Source: Candidatus Caenarcanales bacterium
Lineage (GTDB): Bacteria; Cyanobacteriota; Vampirovibrionia; LMEP-6097
Assembly (NCBI GenBank): GCA_044351165.1
Contig: JBILGG010000001.1
Span: 1 to 24,502, forward strand
Reading direction: 5' to 3'
Length of the DNA stretch: 24,502 bases
In this document: positions 17,703 to 24,502 of the stretch, piece by piece
How positions within the stretch are numbered: the first letter of the stretch is position 1
Layout: the number at the start of each line of letters is the position of its first letter
Program-made: the position numbers and the translations under genes
Notes under the pieces: model-generated
Databases searched by the model: none
The model's input: the letters and a program-made list of their open reading frames with translations, nothing else
Told to the model about the DNA's origin: nothing

Positions 17703-18554
17703 ATGAGATATTTAGGCATAGATCAAGCTTCTAAACCACAGCAAAGGGCTGTAAAATCTGGGCCGCAATCTAGTCCTCAACTGCCTAACAGTGAAATTAA
17801 AAGTTTAGCTAGTAATTTAAAAACAGAGCTTTCTAATAAGCAAACAGAGCGAGGAATAATTGTCGCTCAGTTACTTCAAGCACAAAATTCCAAATCAGCA
17901 ATTTCAGAGCAAGATCAGTGCCGAAATCTTCGTAAACAAGTAAAAGATTTACATCAGCATGGTTCGGTTGATCCAGATCAGTTTCAAACTTTGCAAGATG
18001 ATTATAAAGACTTCGTAGCAAATAAGAATTTGGATGAAAAGCCGTACCTGAGACCTTTTGTGGCTTTTATGGATGATCAGATCCAGGAGCTGTGGGCAAA
18101 GTCAAAAGTAGAATTCACACCCAAGCAAATTTTTGCGATGTATGAAACAAAAGATCAAGCTGTTTCAGTGCTTGATGTAGCTGGCGCAAGCTTAAATCTC
18201 GAACAATTAACTCTTAGTGAGCTATCTAAAATGTCAAAAAGTTTAGAGAAGATGAGAGATGGTTTTGCTGGTCAAGCCACCAGGCTGTTTCCAGAGCTAA
18301 AACCAGTTTTAGCTAAAATAGATGATCAGGTCTCTCAAGCAATAGATCCTGAAAAAGCCAAATTTGATTTTTCTTTAGCTAAAAAACCAGCAGATATGGC
18401 AAAGCAAATAGTCGATATTACCACAGGCAAAGCCACTCCTATCGCTGATGCTAAATTAGAATTAAAAAAATCAATGGTTGGTTATTATGACAATGTTGCT
18501 AATTTGGGTGCTGATCTAAAAAAGCGTGTTGTCGGTGCTTCTGTCGCTAGTTAG
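17703..18554 (+). CDS. Hypothetical helical/coiled-coil protein (283 aa), P/Q/S-rich N-terminus
   Basis: Long ATG-started ORF; no family recognised. Confidence 0.75.
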   Translation: MRYLGIDQASKPQQRAVKSGPQSSPQLPNSEIKSLASNLKTELSNKQTERGIIVAQLLQAQNSKSAISEQDQCRNLRKQVKDLHQHGSVDPDQFQTLQDDYKDFVANKNLDEKPYLRPFVAFMDDQIQELWAKSKVEFTPKQIFAMYETKDQAVSVLDVAGASLNLEQLTLSELSKMSKSLEKMRDGFAGQATRLFPELKPVLAKIDDQVSQAIDPEKAKFDFSLAKKPADMAKQIVDITTGKATPIADAKLELKKSMVGYYDNVANLGADLKKRVVGASVAS

Positions 18555-19974
18555 TAATTTTATTTAAATAATATTGCCATTGTTTATAAGCTTGATCTAG
18601 ATTGGTTTTGGGTTCAAATATTTTTTGTGGTTGTAAACTTAGTTCTACTAATCCAGTCATTTTGGCAGAGCCAAGAGCCGTCATTTCGGTTTCTGTGTAA
18701 CGCTGGAGAGGTTTTTTGATGAGGTCTGCTTGAAATTGCAACAAAAAATCATTTTTACTAGCACCGCCATCTACATTTATATATTCAATAGAATTTAAAT
18801 CCAAGATTTTAAAAACATCAGCCACTTGATAGGCAATAGCTTCCAAGCCAGCGCGCGCGATATGGTTTTTATTGGCGGATCTTGTCAGCCCAAAAATCGC
18901 TCCTTGAGCGGATTCTATCCAGTGAGGTGCTCCTAGTCCTGTGAGCGCTGGGATAAAATAAACTCCAGCATTATCACTAACACTCAGTGCCATAGCTTCA
19001 ATCTCAGAAGAACTAGATATAATTCCTAGATTATCTCTTAGCCACTGCACTATAGAACCGCCCATGAAAATACTTGCTTCTAGTGCGAAATTAATTTTTC
19101 CGTTTTTACTATAAGCGACACTAGTAAGCAGTCCTGGACAGGGTTCTAGGCTTTTAAGCGGGACAAGTGCAAAAGTCCCAGTGCCGTATGTGATTTTGGG
19201 CTGGTTGTTATAAGCGTAAAGAGCAGATTGTTGATCACCAATTACAGCTAGTATCGGCAATTCTCTGTCGAGTAAATCATAAAAACAATTACTAAACCCA
19301 AAATCTGATTGAGAATCTTGTACTTGCGGCAATTTGATAGAACTCAGTCCCAGAGCGGATATGATCTCTTGTGACCAAGATCCTGTAGTAATGTCGTAAA
19401 GTAAAGTCCTACTAGCGTTAGTGCTGTCTGTTAGATGTTGTGTTCCATTTGTGAGCTTCCAAATCAGCCAGCTATCTATAGTCCCAAAATATAATTCTTG
19501 ATTAGATAGTGCAGAATTGGCTTTAATAATATTTTCTTTCAGCCATTTTATTTTTGTGCCAGAAAAGTAAGAATCAATCAGTAAGCCAGTTTTAGAGCTA
19601 ATAAGATTTTTTAGTACTGTATTTTTCTTCACTTCGGTGCAGATTTCACCAGTGCGTTTACACTGCCAGACTATAGCGTTATAAATTGGCTTGGACGTGA
19701 TAGGATCCCAGATGATGGTGGTTTCTCTTTGGTTGGTTATTGAGATGCCTTTTATATCGGATTTGGAGATTTTTTTTGAGGCTAGAAGCTCTGTAATTAG
19801 CTCTCTAGCTGAGTTTAAGGAAGCTTGCCAAATTTCTTCTGGATCGTGTTCTACCCAGCCTGGCTTAGGATAGATTTGCTGGATTTCTTTTTGTTTGATT
19901 CCGAGTATCCGTCCTGCTTGGTCGATCACTAGTGCCCTTGTTGAGCTAGTGCCTTCATCAATTGTTAAAATCAT
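18547..19974 (-). CDS. glpK: Glycerol kinase (FGGY family)
   Basis: IDEGTSSTRA, GWVEHDPEEIW, ITNQRETT, AIVWQCKR, YFSGTKIKWL, TDSTNASRT, GDQQSAL, TYGTGTF, PALTGLGAPHW, VDGGAS.NDFLLQFQAD; downstream of glpD. Confidence 0.93.
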   Translation of the reverse strand: MILTIDEGTSSTRALVIDQAGRILGIKQKEIQQIYPKPGWVEHDPEEIWQASLNSARELITELLASKKISKSDIKGISITNQRETTIIWDPITSKPIYNAIVWQCKRTGEICTEVKKNTVLKNLISSKTGLLIDSYFSGTKIKWLKENIIKANSALSNQELYFGTIDSWLIWKLTNGTQHLTDSTNASRTLLYDITTGSWSQEIISALGLSSIKLPQVQDSQSDFGFSNCFYDLLDRELPILAVIGDQQSALYAYNNQPKITYGTGTFALVPLKSLEPCPGLLTSVAYSKNGKINFALEASIFMGGSIVQWLRDNLGIISSSSEIEAMALSVSDNAGVYFIPALTGLGAPHWIESAQGAIFGLTRSANKNHIARAGLEAIAYQVADVFKILDLNSIEYINVDGGASKNDFLLQFQADLIKKPLQRYTETEMTALGSAKMTGLVELSLQPQKIFEPKTNLDQAYKQWQYYLNKITN

Positions 19975-21646
19975 TGATCAAAACCTCTTCTTGGTATTTA
20001 TCTCGGTTCCTGCCTTGTAGATCAAACTCTTCTTTTATGTGATAGCTAATGGTTTTGATGATATCTCGATCAAATTTATTAGTGCTCAGTCCGATACTTA
20101 TTCTTCTTAGCAAAATATCCTCTACTGTGTAAGCTTGTTCATAGCGAATTGCATAAACAATTTGCGCTTCGATATCCTCAAAATCTTTATTGATCTTAGA
20201 TTTTAGCAGAGGATTTTCTAGAGTGAGATCCAGTACTTTAGAGGTATTAGTTCCATAGAGCATCAACAGATGCAAAATAGTATGCGCGTCGATATCGTAT
20301 TTTTGACTATATTCTTTTGTGATTTCTTTTATATAGTCATAAAAATTTAAATAGCTTGGATACTGCGAGCCGACTGTGTTTCGGCTGTCAGTAAAGCATC
20401 TATTAGATGTAAATAAATCAACGACTTCTTTAGCAAGGCTTCTAAAAGTAGTTAACTTGCCGCCTACGACTGAATAATAATTATCGACAAGTTCTTTATT
20501 ATGATTAATCACAAAATGTCTTCTGGTAACAGCACCTGCGTTTTTGCCTTTTTTGGTGGGCGGTAGGGGTCTTACACCGCAGTAAGTGTTTAAGATGTCC
20601 TCTTCTTTTAGATGTGCATCTGGAAAAAGCTCATTAGTTTCATTTAGCAAATAATTGATTTCTTTTTGACTAATACCGATAGAGTCTAGATCCTCACCGG
20701 GTTCTAAAAAAATATCAGTAGTCCCTATCAAATAAACTTCATCGTTCATACCAATTTTATAAGGCAAAATAAAAAATGGTCTTCCATCACTTTTGGCTTC
20801 GTTATAAATCCCAAACTCATAAGGAGCTCCGCGGAATTTTTTTACAACAATGTGACTGCCTTTTGTGCCGCCGATGCGCCTTTCAAGCTTAGCTAAAATT
20901 GGAAAGCTATTAGTTTCTTTTAGGCGATTATTTAGTTTATCTACCCAAGGGCCGGCCATATTGATTATATTTTTGGCAAAAACAGAATAAGGACGTTTGC
21001 TATTTAGTAGGTCTTTGAATTTCACTCCCTGAGCGTGATAGCTGCCGTGAACTTTTGAACAAATTATTTCTGATACTTCGCAGTGATTAAGACAAATCGC
21101 ACCTTTGCTTTGGGCAGTTAGAATGTTTTCTAGTACAAGCCGCTCAGCAAAACTAACTTGAGCATCATAATAAAAAGCGGCTCCCAAAAAGTTTATTGAT
21201 TCTATTCCAGCTTGAATAAGATTGTGTTGGTTTTCTTTTAGGACTTGGTGACTTGGCAGAGACTTACCTGCTGAAAGCCAGTCATAGAGTAGCATCCCTA
21301 GTCTTAGCTTCCACATCTTGATTTTATTGCCGGCATAAACCGGAATCATTAATCTAAGTGGACTTACTAAATGTGGATAATTTCTAAGTAAGGTTTCTCT
21401 TTCGTGTAAGCTTTCTTTTACCAAATCAAACTCAAGATGCTCGAGATATCTCAGCCCGCCATGAACTAATCTAGTCGAGTGCGCGGAACAGCCCGAACCA
21501 AAATCATTTTTTTCGAGCAACAAAACTTTTAGCCCACGTTCGGCCGCATCTCTTGCGACCCCGGCTCCGTTTATCCCGCCGCCAATAATAACCAGATCAA
21601 AACTCTCGTCAAAATTATATTTATCAAGCCGATTTTCAAGACGCAT
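19958..21646 (-). CDS. glpD: FAD-dependent glycerol-3-phosphate dehydrogenase
   Basis: IIGGGINGAGVARDAAERG, DFGSG.S..STRLVHGGLRYLE, GTKGSHIV, IGTTD, GVRPL, GGKLTTFR, EQA.TVED.L.RR. Confidence 0.95.
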   Translation of the reverse strand: MRLENRLDKYNFDESFDLVIIGGGINGAGVARDAAERGLKVLLLEKNDFGSGCSAHSTRLVHGGLRYLEHLEFDLVKESLHERETLLRNYPHLVSPLRLMIPVYAGNKIKMWKLRLGMLLYDWLSAGKSLPSHQVLKENQHNLIQAGIESINFLGAAFYYDAQVSFAERLVLENILTAQSKGAICLNHCEVSEIICSKVHGSYHAQGVKFKDLLNSKRPYSVFAKNIINMAGPWVDKLNNRLKETNSFPILAKLERRIGGTKGSHIVVKKFRGAPYEFGIYNEAKSDGRPFFILPYKIGMNDEVYLIGTTDIFLEPGEDLDSIGISQKEINYLLNETNELFPDAHLKEEDILNTYCGVRPLPPTKKGKNAGAVTRRHFVINHNKELVDNYYSVVGGKLTTFRSLAKEVVDLFTSNRCFTDSRNTVGSQYPSYLNFYDYIKEITKEYSQKYDIDAHTILHLLMLYGTNTSKVLDLTLENPLLKSKINKDFEDIEAQIVYAIRYEQAYTVEDILLRRISIGLSTNKFDRDIIKTISYHIKEEFDLQGRNRDKYQEEVLINDFNN

Positions 21647-21771
21647 AAGAAAAAATTAGGTTAAAACCCTGGATGGGTATTAGAGTTATACCCAAAATAA
21701 TCATTTTTAATTTATTTAAATATAATAAAAACTAAACTTTTGAAGAATCAAAGTGTTAAAATAATAATTAC

Positions 21772-22326
21772 ATGAGAGCGAATTTAATCCCTAACCTTTT
21801 ATCTGAAACTTTTACCAAGGCTGAATCTACAATTAAAGCCGCTAATGATAATCCTAATGTATTGAGAGCCTCTCTTCAAGAAAGTATTAACCAACTAGTG
21901 GATAGTATAAATGCAAATATAGTCAATGCCACTGATTGTTCACAGGAGATATCTAACATTCATAATGATTTAAAACCTATTTTTCAAGTTTTAGATGAGA
22001 TGATCTCGTTAGCTATTACTAGTGAATCCCTTACTAATACAAGGTCCCGCAAACAGAAACTTAAAGTTAATGCCGAACTTGATTCCATTAATAAAGCCTT
22101 AGTATTTTATAAGGATGATTTTATAACCCCTTTGGCTCAAGCTTTAAGAATCGTTTTTGATGATGTTGGGGATTTTATTAAACCATTAATTGACTCAATA
22201 ACCCAAGACACTATGTCTAAATATAATCTGATAGGTAAACAAGATCTTAAGAAATACAAATCTAAAATAAATGATTTCTTTGAGCCATTTAGTTATCAGA
22301 TTTCTAGTTCAGCTAATGGTCACTAG
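21772..22326 (+). CDS. Hypothetical protein (184 aa), possibly the N-part of a frameshifted gene
   Basis: ATG preceded by TGtTAAAAT (21754-21762); overlaps the next ORF by 56 bp in the +1 frame. Confidence 0.6.
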   Translation: MRANLIPNLLSETFTKAESTIKAANDNPNVLRASLQESINQLVDSINANIVNATDCSQEISNIHNDLKPIFQVLDEMISLAITSESLTNTRSRKQKLKVNAELDSINKALVFYKDDFITPLAQALRIVFDDVGDFIKPLIDSITQDTMSKYNLIGKQDLKKYKSKINDFFEPFSYQISSSANGH

Positions 22327-22747
22327 TTCAAGTTTCCAAAACCAACATTTTTATAGATTTTTTCTTGTATATGGGTTTCAAGAATATCCTAGAAATATCG
22401 ACACTTGTTATTACCTTAAAAAAATAAAAACTAGTTCTTTAGCTTTAGGTAAGTATCTAGCTAATCAAGAGAATTTTTTATCTTGTGATGTTATTTTATT
22501 GGGTTTCTTTAATTACTTTAACGAGCTTATTGGTAAGAATAAGAATGTTTCAAATCCAGCTAAGACTCAAAATGCCTTAGATTTTTTTAAAACCCAGATT
22601 ATTATTCCCATAAAAGAAGGTATTAATAATGACTCCGTTTTTGAAAAATTTCTTGATTATTTAAAAACAAAACTTGATAAACCAGATTTTTTAGAGGCAT
22701 TAAAACCTAATCCAGATCCTGGTAAACCGGAATCTTCTCCAAGCTAA
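22271..22747 (+). CDS. Hypothetical protein (158 aa), possibly the C-part of a frameshifted gene
   Basis: No RBS seen before ATG 22271; helical composition like the upstream ORF. Confidence 0.5.
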   Translation: MISLSHLVIRFLVQLMVTSSSFQNQHFYRFFLVYGFQEYPRNIDTCYYLKKIKTSSLALGKYLANQENFLSCDVILLGFFNYFNELIGKNKNVSNPAKTQNALDFFKTQIIIPIKEGINNDSVFEKFLDYLKTKLDKPDFLEALKPNPDPGKPESSPS

Positions 22748-24502
22748 CCTCAGTCTCTATAAATCCCCCACCTTGATAAATCTCTCCGCTAAAAATATCT
22801 TGCCATTTTTTGTTTTTGCCTGGTAGATAAAAGCTTCTTATAGACTGGGTTTGCAAGTTTTGGTAAATGGGCGCTACAAAATATTTATCCCCAAACATAT
22901 ATTCAAAACTTTGATTATAAGTCTCAGGCTCGTCCTGAAAATCATAAACCGTAGGCCGCATAATCGGTATACCTGATTCACTGGCTCTCTTGCTAGCATC
23001 CTTGATATAAGGGATGAGCTCTTGGCGGAGTTTTAGGAATTTTTGGATTAGCTGGAATATCTCCGGATGCGAATCTTTATACATATCGGGCTCGCTTGGA
23101 GTGGGTTTGTAGGAGTGGATGCAGAACCTTGGACTAAATACGCCTGTTTGGATCCAGCGTAAAAACAGCTCAGGATCTGGGTTTGGGCCGTAAAAACCAC
23201 CGATATCTACGCCCATATGGATCAAGCCTGATAGCCCGCAAGAAGCAAGAATGGCATTATCGTATTTGAGAGATTCCCAGCTAGTGTAGTTATCACCGAC
23301 CCAGCTTGCTGAATATTTTTGGATCCCAGAGTAACCAGATCGACTTAAAATCCAAGGAGCTCTTTCTGGGTGAGCCTCAAGACTGGCTTGGTAAGCGAGT
23401 TTGGACATGATGAGCGCCATTTCGGTTTCGTATCCTTGACAAGAGTGAGGCTCAAAAATTTCATATTCATTATTATCATTCCAAATCCCATAAATGCCAT
23501 TTGCAAGTAAATGAGTTTTTATTTTTTCCTTCCACCAAGCTTGAGCAGCAGGATTTTTAAAATTCAGATAGCTTCCCGCCCCGCCCCAATAATCCACTAT
23601 TAGCGGCTCATCGCTCGCTGTGCTTCGGAACCAATCCCAGATCGAGACACTATCCTCACCATCAGTTTTTTGGATAAATAATTTTTTTTGTTTAGCTTCT
23701 TGGTACCAAGGATGGCTTAGAAGTAAAACAGGTTTGAGATTGGCGCAGAGATTGACTCCCAGCGCTCGCGCGGAATTACTAAATTCAAGCGGGTTAGGAA
23801 ATTTTTCTCGGTTCCATATAAATTGCTGTCTAAGCCCGTTTGAGTCTTGAATATATCCAGAAGATAAATGAAAAGCGGTCGCGGGTACTGCATTAGCTTG
23901 AAACCTTTTAAATAACTTAAGTAATTTTTCGCTTGCTGACTGGGTTTGGTCACTATCGTTTTCGGTATATGACATGCCCGATGATAAATATCCAAAACAA
24001 AAATCTGGCAGTTCTGGAGGTTTGCCAGTTAGATTCAGATACTCACTGGTGATAGATTTTATATCAGGCCCATAAAAAAAATAATAATTTAGTTCTCCAG
24101 CTTCAGCCCCGAAATAGTAATAGGGACTGGGTTTGCGCTCTTTACCAAAATCAAAAAACTTAGCATTAAAATTATCAAAAAATATTCCGTGAGCTTTTTT
24201 AGAGCTGGGCTCCAAGTGAATAAAAAAAGGAATGTCTTTATAAAGAGGATCAGTAAATTTACCATCGTAGCCTAGCGCGTCTAGCGGAGCATTGCGAAAC
24301 CTTTTCCCCCAGCGGTTTATATCGCCCGTCTTGTCTCCTAGCCCGTAGATAATTGGCGGAGCTGTTAATTCTTGGTATTTTTGATAACAGCGAATTTCTG
24401 CTGACTGAGGTTTTTGGGTTTTGTATTCAAGCGCTCGTGACCAAAACCCCAGCCCTGGCTCATCTTGGCTGATAAGAGTTTCCTTATCATCTAGAACCCG
24501 CA
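22707..24502 (-). CDS. Glycoside hydrolase family 31 (Aec37-like alpha-glycosidase), 5' end beyond the window
   Basis: Frame is open from 24500 (YGLGDKTG...LDALGYD...DPLYKDIPFFI, read manually upstream of the ORF-track TTG 24215); FHLSSGY, nucleophile WNDNNEY, acid/base WVGDN, PRFCIHS. Confidence 0.93.
   Translation of the reverse strand, partial: RVLDDKETLISQDEPGLGFWSRALEYKTQKPQSAEIRCYQKYQELTAPPIIYGLGDKTGDINRWGKRFRNAPLDALGYDGKFTDPLYKDIPFFIHLEPSSKKAHGIFFDNFNAKFFDFGKERKPSPYYYFGAEAGELNYYFFYGPDIKSITSEYLNLTGKPPELPDFCFGYLSSGMSYTENDSDQTQSASEKLLKLFKRFQANAVPATAFHLSSGYIQDSNGLRQQFIWNREKFPNPLEFSNSARALGVNLCANLKPVLLLSHPWYQEAKQKKLFIQKTDGEDSVSIWDWFRSTASDEPLIVDYWGGAGSYLNFKNPAAQAWWKEKIKTHLLANGIYGIWNDNNEYEIFEPHSCQGYETEMALIMSKLAYQASLEAHPERAPWILSRSGYSGIQKYSASWVGDNYTSWESLKYDNAILASCGLSGLIHMGVDIGGFYGPNPDPELFLRWIQTGVFSPRFCIHSYKPTPSEPDMYKDSHPEIFQLIQKFLKLRQELIPYIKDASKRASESGIPIMRPTVYDFQDEPETYNQSFEYMFGDKYFVAPIYQNLQTQSIRSFYLPGKNKKWQDIFSGEIYQGGGFIETEVSLEKIPVYQDLD

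Noticed and set aside
18547-19974. DEGTSS instead of DQGTTS in the glycerol kinase as a sign of altered function
   Set aside because: Other glycerol-kinase motifs and the glpD linkage are intact; the change falls within FGGY-family variation.
22275-22283. CTT-TGA (prfB-type +1 frameshift signal) in the overlap of the split gene
   Set aside because: It lies in the third frame, not the frame of the upstream ORF.

Overview
AT-rich bacterial chromosomal window, densely coding. The mix of Firmicute/cyanobacteria-like housekeeping genes, a Tic20-like protein, PilO and flagellar genes suggests a non-photosynthetic Cyanobacteriota relative (Vampirovibrionia/Melainabacteria); this is inference only. 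Recognisable genes are flgB-flgC, proA-nadD-fliL-fliM, ilvC, hisS, pilO, an M23 peptidase, rdgB, cysE, an HD-domain phosphohydrolase, rarA, glpD-glpK and an Aec37-like GH31 (cut by the window end). About eight orphan ORFs are interleaved, mostly with low-complexity N-termini and no Sec signal. No rRNA, tRNA, CRISPR array or transposase was seen. Main observations: (1) a recurring TTAAC-N6-TTAA (CtrA-box-like) motif upstream of flgB, the M23 peptidase, an orphan and a candidate sRNA, with an ungapped 38-bp extended match between flgB and the M23 gene; (2) a MITE/REP-like palindromic repeat family flanking the M23 gene and bracketing a gene remnant; (3) FliM without its CheY-binding N-terminus and divergent rod proteins; (4) a structured 520-bp intergenic region with a candidate sRNA, a 21-bp hairpin and a 27-codon ORF with a strong RBS; (5) extended -10 boxes 7-9 nt from start codons, suggesting leaderless mRNAs; (6) all seven convergent gene pairs overlap at their 3' ends. 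Family assignments come from motif recognition, not database searches.
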